Shown: positions 11,679 through 24,045 of the stretch, one piece after another
Position numbering within the stretch: the stretch's first letter is position 1
How the letters are laid out: each line of letters starts with the position of its first letter
Assembly (NCBI GenBank): GCA_013115125.1
Contig: JABANN010000326.1
Location: 1 to 39,070 of the forward strand
Length of the DNA stretch: 39,070 bases
Direction: 5' to 3'
Source of the DNA: Perkinsus olseni
Lineage: Eukaryota
Notes under the pieces: generated by a model
Database searches by the model: none
The model's input: the letters and a program-made list of their open reading frames with translations, nothing else
Told to the model about the DNA's origin: nothing
Program-made: the position numbers and the translations under genes

Positions 11679-12094
11679 TTGTACGCTGTTGTTGTCATTA
11701 CTGTTACTAATCGATTTCAAGACAGTGTGACCGTTTCAATCATTTACTCGTTGAAAACGAGGAAATGTCGAGTTTGACATAAACTGAAGTTTCGAGAGAT
11801 GACAGTATGATCACGAGGTAACCGGCGGAAAGTAATCGCGTAACCTTCGAACACTCTTTCGGTAGCCGACAATTTGTAAGACGCCGAGAGAGAGGGAAGG
11901 CATCGGGGGAGGTAATCGATAACTCCACTGAGAAAAACGATGTTTTCACAACATTTATTAACTCAACACCTTCCAAGCTGCACACAACAACAACATTAAC
12001 TACATCATTCATCAAAATCGTTAATACGGAAAAGAACTCGATGACATACAGTGATGTATTATTGATAATAAGAAGACGAGTACTGTTCCTCTCC

Positions 12095-12662
12095 CTACTT
12101 CCGAGGGGTATAATACGTAGTATTGGTGAACTTGTCTTCCTTCTTCTGCCACATTTCACGATTGGCTGCCTTCACGGCCTCGTCGTACTCCTGATGGAAC
12201 TCGTTGCACAGATCTTTGAAGGTCCACAGGTTTTTAAGGGCCCGTTTAACAGTAGAACAATAATCTTCAATAGAGTAATCCTCTTTGTCATACTTAAGCA
12301 CTCGAAGGGGATCACGGCCAGACCAATGTTCCTGGCGGGCGGAAGCTCAACCCGCCCTGCCTGGATATGGAGATGGGCTACCACAACTCGTTGACTCGGC
12401 CCCCAGAGAAGTAATGCCCGGTAACTTATTTTGGTATTCTACTGAGTATTCTCCGAGAAGTCCTCGTCACCCGTGTTAAGAAGGAGATCATCATAGATAG
12501 CGGCGCCATTTCACTGGCTCTGCTATGTACTATTCCCTCAGTGTGAATCACCCTACCATCCTCTGCAACATGGGAACGATCTGATGAGACAATGCCAGAG
12601 TCTTAGGAAACAATGCCAGTCGATGCCGAACACGCTGACGTTTATCAGGTAGGGTGTTGTTG
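12095..12662 (-). pseudogene. Family A, copy 4 (most diverged, internally deleted)
   Basis: GRDPLRVLKY and TFKDLCNEFHQEYDEAVKAANREMW match copy 2 (GRDPLRALRY; TFGGLCTRFYNETQGAVDAAEREDW). The ~30-aa middle segment is missing and there are upstream stops. ccaacaacaccctacctgat at ~12643-12662 resembles a relic exon-1 end. Confidence 0.55.
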
Positions 12663-12909
12663 GTTTGCAGCCCTGCGGCTCGTTTCACGTAGGAAGCGAC
12701 AGCCCAGCTTCTCAACTACCCTCATGTCTCTGAAGCCACAGGCCTCACCTCAGCTCAACTCATGTAAACGCAATAATTCAGTGCTCGCTCATAACAACAT
12801 TAGCATCAGCATCATTTTCTGTGGATTCTTTCAGCCAGCGTTAATAAGATAACCATGGGACAAATTGATAAATAGCGATGAATTCATGGAAAAGCCGGGG
12901 AAGTCCCCC

Positions 12910-13836
12910 TCATCTCCTTCGGGGGAATATCTCGACAGTCTGACGGTCGATATCCCTGAACTCCCATTCTTGACTTTCAGCCGCGTCAACGGCACCTTGG
13001 GTCTCGTTGTAGAACCGAGCGCATAGGGCAACGTAACTCGGATAATTTTTCTTAACAACCCTCACAGCCGAGCACGTTCCCCTGAGTTTCTCGATTGCAG
13101 ATCGCCTAGCTTTCGTCTGGGGAGCCTCTTTTTCGTCTTCATGAAGAACAGTGGTAGATCCTATCTTTCTCACGGCCGAGTATAGCCTATCAATTTCACT
13201 GCGTAAGTCGAGGGGTTCAACTCCCTGAGCGGAACCCGGCCAGTGTTATTGGGAGTGCGTCCGCCGATAAAATTGTGTAGAAGCTGGCCGGGAGTCCGAC
13301 CATCACCGCTGTTATACCACTCCAGACCAGAGATGGCCCCGTATCTTTGACATGACAGGAAATGAGAATAATGATACCTCTTCCTCTTACTTCGCTGCGA
13401 ATGTGACCTGGTTGCCGGCCTCTGGGCAGCGAACCCATGCTGTTTGAAGCCTTGACTTCACGATGCGTATCTCGATACCCCTCTCCACAGGCCCAGCGCC
13501 TCCCCAAAACGTCCGATATGTGACGGAAGTGACGAAGTTTCCCCCGAGAGAGATGCCTGACCCGCCATCTTGTGGAGGGTAGCCCTGAGAACGGTCACCA
13601 ACAGGGATGAGGGCCGGAACTACAACAGCAAGCGAATCGCGGAATCTAACATATGCATTAAACCCCCACCGGTGGATAACAGACATTAGTCATTTTAGGG
13701 TCTCTAAGAGACTGTCTCTTACATCAGTAGGGGTGTTGTGTTGGGCCACTGAGCCGATAGCGGTAACGAGGGGTGAGTTGGAGAGTAATGCAGCAGCAGC
13801 TGACACTCCGATGATGATGAACTGTTTTGGGGACAT
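12910..13836 (-). pseudogene. Family A, copy 3: complete three-exon gene with a 1-nt frameshift
   Basis: Exon 1 13836-13723 encodes MSPKQFIIIGVSAAAALLSNSPLVTAIGSVAQHNTPTD (signal-peptide-like). Exon 2 spans 13584-13391 and exon 3 runs from ~13344. The frame breaks near 13203 (act tac gc agt gaa att) and resumes in ORF 12910-13173. Confidence 0.75.
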
Positions 13837-14479
13837 TCAGGAGGGTCGACTTTAACGCTGCTTGGTTGTATGACAAAGGTCGAGTGGCGCAGTAGCCCAC
13901 CCCCTGTCACTGCTCATGACACCCCCTCGGGTCCGAACAACTCATTCAAGTCATATCAGTCGCATTTGATATAACCCTCCCGCGGTACCCTCATTGGGAT
14001 GTTGGAAGTTGAGGAAAAAACACCGCTCGAAGGGACATGCGCCCGCTCGCCTTCTCGGGCGAACGATCGATACGTAATCGATTATGTATCGTTGTGCGGC
14101 GGATTCTCGTTCCTGACAGTGATCGACCACGGCTGATCGACGAGAGTGAAATTGAGAGAAGACAGGTGGTTGTGTAACAGGCATCTTCCGCACAAGCGAG
14201 GCTAGTGTGGATATTCAAACAATACTAATGAACAATCCATGTCGTTTCAAACGACTTGTTTGTCTTCTGGTGTTCACCAGACCTTGGTTAGTTTCCGGGC
14301 CCTTCTCTGCCCGGCAGAGAACAGTCTGTCGGCAGACTGTCTGCCCCATCCCTCGATGTAATGGTGGGACTAGAGTTTGTCTTCAACGATGCTTCAAGTA
14401 TGTCCGCGAGTCTTGGACTAAAGTCTGGACACTCTCAGTTGACTAGACACTCTCAGTCCTGATAGATGTCCGTTGTCTG

Positions 14480-17400
14480 GAGCGTGGTGAGTTGCAGTCA
14501 ATGGTTGTGCCTACTTGGTTTAACAGCGCTTTCAACAGTAACGTCTACAAAAGTCCTAGCCTAACGACCCTACGAGTAGCTTCACGCCTCTCGATGCAGC
14601 GTCGTCAGTTTGTGCATAACGCTGATGGCGTTTCAAGAAGTCGGGAAGTGGCGCTCGCATCCTCAGTTGGGGAAGGGTCAGTCGGTGTGAATAGTGAACG
14701 GAGTCAGTTTGAAGTCAACAGCAGCCGTTCGACACCCATAGCTGAGCTTAGCTTGAACTCATTCGGAAGTTCCAAGTAGGAACCAGCAAGAAGGTTCCCT
14801 TGAACACAACTCCAGGTATCAGCACGATCGACTTCCGGGGGGTGAGTTCACCGCGGGAACAGTGATTATCAATCATGACTCATCATTGCTCTTCATGCAA
14901 CCACAGCGAATTTTTTCCATCATTTCTGCATTTCTCCTCCAGTACGACGAACGCAGCTCGGCGATTGAGTACTTCGGGCTTCAACTCTTCTCTTTCGGCC
15001 AGGCGTGTGACGAGGCTGACAAGTGAATGTTGCGAAGTGCCGGTGCGCCTCCCTCTGGCTGCCTGGTGAGGAACGGTTAGCACGTGCGGGGGCTCCCAAT
15101 ACAGGGCTTTTATAGAGTCTTCTATTCAATATTTCTCTCATCATTTGAAAACTATGCGGGTGATTGTGTTCAGACGTGAGGAAGTTGCTTCTCAGAGAAG
15201 CGATCTTCTTGCGCATGAACACACGAGGAGGTTTCTCTTCCGCGAGTCTGGGCTAGTCCGGTCCCTCAGCATGGTGCCGGAGAGATATCTTGTACTCTTT
15301 AACGACACTTACCATTTGTTGGCCGCGGCAATTAAACGCTCCAAGAGCCTCAGCACCGCCTCCTGAAACGGCTTATCCCGAAATATTTTACAGGAATGCG
15401 GGCTACCATTTCGTCATCATCGAACTGATCGCAGATCCCTCGGGTCACGATGGACGCCCCCGGGAAGTAGGCCTCCAGACAACCCGTCATGTCGATATTT
15501 TCGAACCCTGAACTTCGACAGTCAAGCGAAGCGCGAGTCTTGTCCTGGCGTCTCACAAGCACTCGGATTTTCCTGTCCATTTTCTAAGGCGTCGATGGCC
15601 CGGTCAAAAGCTGTGAACTTTCTTTCTTGCTCGCTTTCCCCATCGGCTGTCCACAAATTCTCTAGGATCTTTGAAGTCCTGTTTTCGATAAGTTTTTCAG
15701 TCCATCGAGAGAGTTGAGGACTCCAGCAAGCCAAAGCCTCTCTGCATAGCTCAAATAATTGGAGAATCTTCGTTTCCTCGGATGTAGCTCGAGCTCGGTC
15801 GCAGCCTGCAAGCTTGTCGAAAGATTCCTCGGACCCGACGTAGCGGAGTGCCTCTCTCAGAAGGGGCTCCAGATGAGACTCTCGCAAAGTTTCGTAGTCT
15901 CCTCCGAACGCTAGCCTAATGAGCACTAGGAGGATTGACTCAGACTCCATAGGAGAGGGGGATCACTCGAGGAAATTCGTAGCTGTGAGATTTTCCTGCA
16001 GGGCGCTCGCGCGCTCACAGTCCCCCACAACTCGGAGTGCTTCACAAACGGCATCCCTGAGAACTGTCTGCGCGTCCACTGAGGCTTCTTTCCAACACGC
16101 TCACCTAGTCTTGAGGAAGCTGCTGCAGAGGTGTCGGTCCGGGCCTTGTCCCGAGGCAGTCCCTCGGCCTGACGCCGAGCTTTCTCTGCCTGATAAAATC
16201 AATTGCAATTGATTCAATTTCGGCATATCCCACGAGAGCGTCAACGTCGGGAAGGCGCGGGGAGCCGTTCACAATTCACCCCTACCCCCTGCCAAACCGC
16301 GATACTGCTAGCCTAAGTGAACGCTCGGGGATGCGCACCATACGCCACGTGAAAGCGCTACACTAGGAGAAACCTGGAAGAGCAGTTCTGTAGTGACCCA
16401 CATGGACCTTCCACGGCCGATGAAGATGCGAATTCACGCCAGTGGAAGTCATATCTGAGGTTGATGCATGCTTATCGTATCGTCGCGCGTATCCCGGACA
16501 TCTACCCCTCGAGCGCATCTCCGGGCGCTGCGACTCTGAAGAAGGTCGTCGACGGCACAGCTGTAGAACCACGACCAACTCCCACAGCGGCACCGAGAAG
16601 GCGGGCGAAGAAGCCGTCCATCGGATGGCTGCTTGAGCCCGTTCCAGTCTCAGCGTCCGTGTAACTAGCCACTCAGCTTAGTGAGTTCATCGTGGGTGAG
16701 CTGAGCCGTTACGTGCCGCCTCGACGGTACCGCCAACCGTGGGGTAATGGGCAGAAGGCTACTAATCTGACGAGATTCTCTGCAGTTCAGCGAGACGTGC
16801 TACCCACTTTAGAAGGCAGATCTGAGGTGCCTGTAAAGTGGTCACGTCCACGCTGAAGAACTTGGCAAAGGCCGCCATGACCCGAGGGTTGAGAAGAGGA
16901 AATTCTCGATGAATCTGCCCAGAACTCTCAAACCCTGTTCAGGACGGAGTCAGCAGAATCTCAGAGCGTTCGTCTAACCAGTTCGTGATTTCACTCAACT
17001 CATTTACTGGAAGGTGGATGACGGTTTTGGCCGGAATTACCCGAACCTTCAGAGAGTCGGCCTTCGACTGTGTTTCATCGAGGCTTGAAATGTGCTACAA
17101 AGACATGCTTTTTTCGGAGGAACAATTGCGGCTGTAAACTCACATGATCTGAGGCGTTCGTTGCTGAAAGTACGGGGCGATTCGACAGGAACGATGTAAA
17201 TGACGCGGCCGCCTTTCTTCTCTGCTGGTGTCTACTGATGAACAGAACTGCGGCTCATGTGGGGTACAAAACCCACAGCCACAACTGCCCTCCAGGAAGG
17301 GACTGGAGATTTTCCATCTCACAGAGCTTGGTGATGAGCTCACGCTCTCGCGGGTGTTCCCACTGGGCCTCGCCGGTCTCGGCATTGTAATAATATCTGA

Positions 17401-19264
17401 CTCATGCGCTTGGCTAAACCGTACTGCCGAACACTCGCGATACACCAGCTGTGTCGAGTTGTCCCCTTCGGCCGTTGGACAGTCGTGCCACTTGTCGGGT
17501 AGCTCATCGCAAAGGAATCGTCGTACCAGAAGTACGGCTTCGGGATTGGCTTGCCGCCTGAGAACAGAATGTAGAACCCTCAGGCAATAATGAGGCTTCG
17601 CTGTTGGTCTGACCAACTTGGTCAGGAGGCCTGAAGATTCCGCTGATCCCATATTGCTCCAATAAGATACTAAGCTGAAGCTCAGCAAGATGGCGGATGA
17701 CCATTGAACCATTGCAAGCAGCATAACTCAGGTGCTGGGTTCTCAATCAGTCGGTCTCGAACAGGTTAGGGACTGCATTCATGGCTTAGCCCGAATGACT
17801 CACAAATCAATGCCGAGGTGGATGCAATACTCCACCAGACGTCTCAAGTCATCGTCTCTGTCAGTGCTGGTGGTTTGTATACCGTCTTTTCCCTCCAAAG
17901 GCTCAACATCACCGCTTTGAGTAGCCCTCGTAGCCCAGGTGCGGGCCGCTGAGTACGCCGAAGTTAAATGCGAGGTCAACCACGTGGCAGTCGTCGCTAT
18001 TTCGCTCGTCTGGGGATGCTCCTCTCGAGGAGGGAGGATCGGGACTGATGCAACGAAAGCAATGCTTATACCACAAATTGCGCTACTCCTGATCTCCTAC
18101 CATCATCAGCCCATGCAGTCGAGGGAGGGCCGCCGCGGAGGCGAGGTGGGGGCGGTAGCGCTGAATTGTCGGCGATACCGACTTTACTGGTGGACGTGCC
18201 AGGGAGTCTCATCAACTAACAAGAGCTTTCTCTCGGATGACTCAGCCCGGTCGTTGGTTTCTCGCGTGACGGTAGTCTCGCCCATTGCACGATGCAGAGC
18301 AGTTCGGGATGATGCAATTTGCATCACCTCGAACTGCTCTTTCCCTTGGGCGACCCGCTCTGCATTCTTCTTGGAGGAGAATGCCACACGTTACGCAGAA
18401 CAGAGCCCGTGGACTAGGAGCAACGTCAACTTAGCAACGTTAAGCATCGAATGCTTCCTTCCGCACGAATCGGGCTTCGGGCTCGCCATCATGTAAACTA
18501 ATGAGAACTCGAAACCTGAGACTTCCTCTCGAGGTATGGACGATGTCACATACCGTCGGTGAAGCCGGCCGTGTGGGGACATTCGACACAAAGGTGCAGC
18601 AATGAGACACCAGCTGCACAGCAGCTAGCGCTAGTATCAGACTCTGTTTCTGCCTTCGGTTACTTGAGTTGAGTTGATTCATTTGCATTCGGGAGGAAGG
18701 CGGCTGCGTCCCTGCGGAGACGCGTGGGTCGCGCCGCCAGGCCTCTCTTTTCGTTTTATCCACCCTCCCTGAACCTTCAAAACCGAAAGTGTGGGTGAGC
18801 TCGTCATCATCCAAAGGATGGGGCGGGCTGGACGTATCGAGTGCCGTTACCATGGCAAGGTGCTTGGTCGGATACTGAGCTTTCATGGGCCAGCAAGTCC
18901 GTGATCGCTTGGGTTTCGGCAGTTCCGGGATACCTTGTTGGATAGTAGTTTCTCCAATATTGCACACTAGTTTTGTATCAATGGTGAGGGTATCTGTGGT
19001 ATCGGCTGGCTCAATGGGTGACCAGACCTTCCTCCTACAGTTTCCGCTACCAACTTCTTCGACGTTGCGCGACGCTTTACGTTCTCTGACAACGCCACCT
19101 ACCGTGACCTGACCGGGCACGACAGTCGTCGGACGACGGTAGCTTAGCCCGGGTGGCCGAGTTCGGAAGTCGTTCGAGTTGACTAGACTGGACGACAAGC
19201 TCGGCTGATCCTCTTCCGAGCGTTCGATGAACCCACTAGGGCCAGCCCGCACCGAGCGGTGCAA
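14480..19264 (-). pseudogene. Long decayed coding-like region of unknown origin
   Basis: A series of protein-like minus-strand fragments (15522-15950, 15350-15580, 14883-15083, 17140-17724, 18440-19264) is broken by stops and frameshifts. I recognise no domain; bounds are approximate. Confidence 0.3.
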
Positions 19265-19954
19265 ACGACCTGCATCCTAGGAAGGTCTGGTCTTAACGAG
19301 GAGAATCCCTAGGGCAAACCGGAACGAGTCTTTATGGTTCGCTCGAGAGATCCTACTCGCGGTCGTCGCGCGAGAAAATGACAGGGGTATCCCGCCGCCC
19401 ACTGACAAACTCGATTCAATGTTTTTGATCGCTTCGAAAAAGAGACAACAATGACTGCAAGAGACGACAGTCGACAGAAGAGATATACACTGTTGCGATA
19501 AGCACCGTACAGTGAGCTTGTACCGACAAAAACATTATTTCGACCGAACACCTTCGTGAGTCACGAATCGTGACTATGTCCGCGCTGGGAGTACCCACAT
19601 TGACGGATATCCCGAGAGCAACGATTGACTCTGACAGAATTTTATAACATGATTCCACCGACTGGCGGCCACTCAGAACAGCCGCTTCGCCCTTTTCGAT
19701 GATAGTAGTAAAAAATTGATTACACGATAAGCAATTTCAGAGCATCAGAAATTTCAGACAACACCGACGAGAACGTTCAATACATAAGACGAGACCAGGC
19801 GGAGATTTGCGCGCTCCTCCTCCTGTGCTATAAACAATTCCTCCTTTTCATAGGAGGCGGTTGGTCGGTACAGAATATACGCCTTGGTGAAGTCAAACAA
19901 CAGGCCGAAGGGATTCTCATCCTTCGTACAAAAAGATTACTACGTGCTACCCAG

Positions 19955-21331
19955 TCAACCATTGATGAGATCATGCAGCAAGCCAGTCAGACAAAGAGGG
20001 AAGAAAGCAAGACTCACAATGAGGAGCACCAAAGCCCCATGCCACTCGAGGGACTGATTCCGCAGCTTCTTGAGAAGGCTCACCTTCTCACCTGGCTCCT
20101 TGATCTTTACATCGGAGACATCGTGCAGACCTCCCACTTCATCTTTGTTGGGCTGCTCGACTGCGCCCTGTACTGGGGTATAGCAGATGTTGAGGTAGAC
20201 GAAACAGGGGATAACGAAGGCTAGGAAGTTGGTGCCGATGATACCAATGAATTGGATGGTAGCACCGAGGTCCTCGAAAATGATGGCCAACACCGTACAG
20301 ATGACCAGAAAGGCCACAGTCGTCCCGATGTGGAGCTTGAGAGTATCTTGTAGGCGAGGGAAGAAGTAGGTGATGACACTCGAGATTGATTGCCTAGCTG
20401 GTAGGAGCAACAAGGGGAAGGCCGTGAGGACGGCGAATGGTAAAACTATATAGCCGATATGAATAGCGATGTTGGAGACCGGCAAGTTGAGGTAGAAGTT
20501 GGACTCGATCGTATGTCCGAAGGCGTAGTACGGTCCTACCATGACCGCAAGGTAAATGACAAAAACGAAGGCGATGGCTAGCAACGAGGCGATGTCCAGT
20601 TTCTTCATGCTCCGATTGACCATATCTTCGGCAACCAGAGGCATCGCGAAATGGCAGGAATAACCGAAAATGAAGATTGGGACCACCGACAGGATTGACC
20701 ATATGCTAGACGTTGGGGGTATACCCACATACCGCTCCCCGAGCTGCTCGTCCACACTGAAGCAGTAGATAACGGCGGCTAGGATAGCATAGAGGAAACA
20801 GCTGAGGCCGATGATATTGGTAATCGCGGTGTTGGTGATTTGCTTGAGGAAGCAGACCGGCAGGAGAAGGACGACGATCAGGCCGATAAGACCAACTCTA
20901 ATCAAGAACCTGTTCCCTTCAGTAGAGCCGGGGGACCAATTTTCGAGGAGGGCCAAACCAAGGCTAGCAAAGACCTGTAGGTAGGCGGTATCAATACCCG
21001 CATTATGGATGAACATGATGAAATCGATGAAAAGGGGCATCCTCGGGTATCCAGCAGCCACAGCGAAGGTGCTGTAACTCAGCCTCTTGCCGGGCATCTT
21101 CATGGCACATCTGCTGATCAGATGAAGCGAAAAGTAAGACAACACGGCAAATACGAGCAGAAGGACGATACCCAATGACCAACCGCAGACGGCTTTTGCT
21201 CTGGCATAACTGAGCATGCCGGCACCGATGATACAGTTGGTCAGGCAGGTCCATGCCGTAAGGATATTCCCTTTAGGGATAACCGGAGCAGAGTTGAAGT
21301 CCGCCAGACGATTGTCTTTCTCGGCTGACAT
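19955..21331 (-). CDS. Amino acid transporter, AAAP / Aa_trans family, intronless
   Basis: 458-aa ORF with ~11 hydrophobic segments and the family motifs NCIIGAGMLSY and IFIFGYSCHFAMPLV. Confidence 0.93.
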   Translation of the reverse strand: MSAEKDNRLADFNSAPVIPKGNILTAWTCLTNCIIGAGMLSYARAKAVCGWSLGIVLLLVFAVLSYFSLHLISRCAMKMPGKRLSYSTFAVAAGYPRMPLFIDFIMFIHNAGIDTAYLQVFASLGLALLENWSPGSTEGNRFLIRVGLIGLIVVLLLPVCFLKQITNTAITNIIGLSCFLYAILAAVIYCFSVDEQLGERYVGIPPTSSIWSILSVVPIFIFGYSCHFAMPLVAEDMVNRSMKKLDIASLLAIAFVFVIYLAVMVGPYYAFGHTIESNFYLNLPVSNIAIHIGYIVLPFAVLTAFPLLLLPARQSISSVITYFFPRLQDTLKLHIGTTVAFLVICTVLAIIFEDLGATIQFIGIIGTNFLAFVIPCFVYLNICYTPVQGAVEQPNKDEVGGLHDVSDVKIKEPGEKVSLLKKLRNQSLEWHGALVLLIVSLAFFPLCLTGLLHDLING

Positions 21332-23230
21332 GTTTGGTATTTACAAAGCGTCTGGTTTAAACTTACAAGCGCAAGCTTTCAAGGAATCGCATGCGTGCTA
21401 CTTGCACGCGTGCGCATCGCGCACGCGCACTGCGCAACGGGCAACATCGAAGGTTGTCTGCGTGATTTCGACTCTGTGGTCCTCTCGAAAAGTGCACAGC
21501 ACGTTTAAGGAGAGCGAACGCCGCCTGGGAGCACAAACCGATTAACTCTGTACAAGAGAGAGCCAGGGCTACCCTCATCGCTGTGTCGCTGTGACGGCTT
21601 TGCTGCCGCGGGCGAGCGCGAAAAGCATCTACCAGTATGCTGAGCGTATTTTCAAAGTGTCGGCCGTCTTCTTTAGAGAATCATAGGCTTACCCTTCTCC
21701 CATCAGCATCATGGTTACTAACAGATCCCAGATGACGTGACTTTACACTCGGAAAGCTCCCGCTGCAAGATTTGCCTGAAACTTGAAATCTTGCAATACT
21801 TGTAACGCTGGTGGCACGCATGAGCATATGAAGGAGTCTCAATGTTGGCCCAAAATGATTCAGACGTCTTTGGAACAGTAACTGTAGGTGTTAGGGGAGT
21901 CGTAGGAGCACTATATCTAGCAGGACCAGTCCGCGATAGGCCGGGAAGAGCCAGCACATGAAAAGGAGCAACTACGAGAGTAGCTAACTCGTAAAGATCG
22001 ATCAACTTCATATGTGTACGCATACACATTGGCGCGCTGAACCTGGACAGCTCTACTAACAACTCTAACAGTAGGCAACTACTGGGATTCATATGCGATG
22101 ATTTCCTGCGGGGTCACAATAACCAACTATTAGCCAACACTGCAATAGGAGAGTTGCACGCGTGCACATCGCCGGCAAACCCCGGGTGCTGTGAGGCTCG
22201 CAGTCCACGTGGGGCATCCGATGATTCGATTCTCGAGTAACTGATCACGCAGCGTCCGTACAGGTAGCTCACGAAGATGGGGAGCGGCATGGGTGTTCTG
22301 GCGGGTCGATGCGACAAAGCCTGCTCTCTGCTCGATGGTCTCACTCATTTTTATTATCCTAAACCAGGGTGACTGCCACTTTCAGCGTTTATGAAGGTTA
22401 ACTTGCTCCGACCACGTCCCACCTGCCGTGACCCAGATGGATATTTAAGGGCACTAGAAAACGATTGGCAACTGAGCTCACAAACCAGAAGTCGGGGGGC
22501 CGCGCGGTTCTGAGAGATGTACTCCCACGATCAACGAGCCTTTTACGTGCTGAGGCCAGCCTCGGGCTGTCGGCGCGCCCGACAAACCAAGAACAAATCC
22601 TGAGGCTGGTTCTCGACCGCCGCCGAAACCACAGCCGTGTCACAGTTAGAGCGGCTATACTCGTGCTTGTGACCGATGACACTGTATGTACACGATGCAA
22701 GCCTCGGTATCATTGAACTCAAACTCGAGGCAATGTGAACTGACGAGAGCGGGGAAATATTAGGAAACCGGACTGACAGAAGCTGCCAACGAGACCCCGG
22801 TTAGGGACAGATAACAGATAAACTGAGGACACAGCTTGGCGTTCCTAAATCCCGAGTCCAAATCGGAATGCCATATGGTCTCCATAGTCAGCGGCGGAGC
22901 TGCGGGTATATCTTAATCGGCTGCCAGCAGGAGCCGCGCTGGTCTGTTGCTTAGCCTTTCCGCTTCCATAGCAAATCGACAATAAATACAAGGTAAGGCG
23001 ATAAAAATACGATTTAGGATCATCATGACGATGATGAGGTCACAAGGCCCTATTTGATCAGGCTTCGCCTCGCCGGGTAGGCTGCGTGACGAACAGTGAA
23101 GATTGGTCGTAACACTGACACAGAATCAGCCTGGCAAGCGAAAAGCCTGAAATGTGCCCTTTACGGGCAAACTCCCAGCACGAGTGATGAAGCTCGAAGA
23201 ATATTAATATCAAGTCCGAGTGAAGCCATC

Positions 23231-24045
23231 CTAGTCCGCAGTGAGCTTGATCCTTGGTTTGGATTTGTCGTTGGGGACGAAGTACACCGCGTTTTCCGCA
23301 GAGTTGAAGACGAACTCTGCACTGATTTTGAGGAAGTCCGAGGTGAGACCGATGAGAGGGTTGCTGAACTTGAAGATCTCACCGGCGGCCTCCTTCTGGA
23401 GCGCGTACTCACTATCACCTGTGACATATTCAAATGAGCATTCGGAGGCGTCCCAGAGTGTGGCGCCTGCCCAGCTGGTCGACAATCCCGGAGTAGCAGA
23501 GAATTCGATAGCGTTGCCATCAGGACCCGGGACCGCCGAATATTTCCCCAGTGGCGGTGGCCCGTCGGTCACAGTAGATGCCAACTCCCTTGATGCGGTC
23601 GGTCGTGGCTGGACACATTTTGCGGTCGTCGATCCAGGCGGCGCTGTGCAATCTCGGTGAGATTGTAAGAATAAAGCGCTTTCTTAGCAACCATCTGAAC
23701 GACGCCAGGGCTCGAAGGTGACCATCGCAGGTCGAAGCCAACGTCAAAGTAGGGGAACAAGTCAGGACCTTCAGTGCGCCAGTGACGTTTCAGAATGATC
23801 TTGTCGCCCTCGAACGTGACGTCATTATACCTCAGACTGTATCCGTGTATGCCGAAGTAGTTACACACTAGTTGAGCACTTCTGTAGCGGTCAACTTGGA
23901 AATACATACAGGTGTAAATCTCGTAAGAAGGGTCGTGGTTTCTTCTCACGAACTGGTACGCGCAGTACTTCCCGGGTTGAAGCGAGGGGCAACCGTTCGT
24001 GAGTACAGCGAGCAAGCAACCAACCACGAATGAGATGGGGACCAT
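23231..24045 (-). pseudogene. Secreted family B, copy 1 (1-nt deletion near 23655)
   Basis: Signal peptide MVPISFVVGCLLAVLTNG and motif TEGPDLFPYFDVGFDL. 'acc ga gat tgc' lacks one base; restoring it gives TxDCTAPPG and joins ORF 23231-23584 (GEIFKF...AEFVFNSAENAVYFVPN). Confidence 0.8.

Noticed and set aside
1-13836. Inverted similarity at both ends read as the TIRs of a giant transposon or Polinton-like element carrying the island
   Set aside because: The matching segments are exons of a spliced gene family and are not colinear (extra cassette on the left). I found no transposase, integrase, PolB or capsid gene inside.
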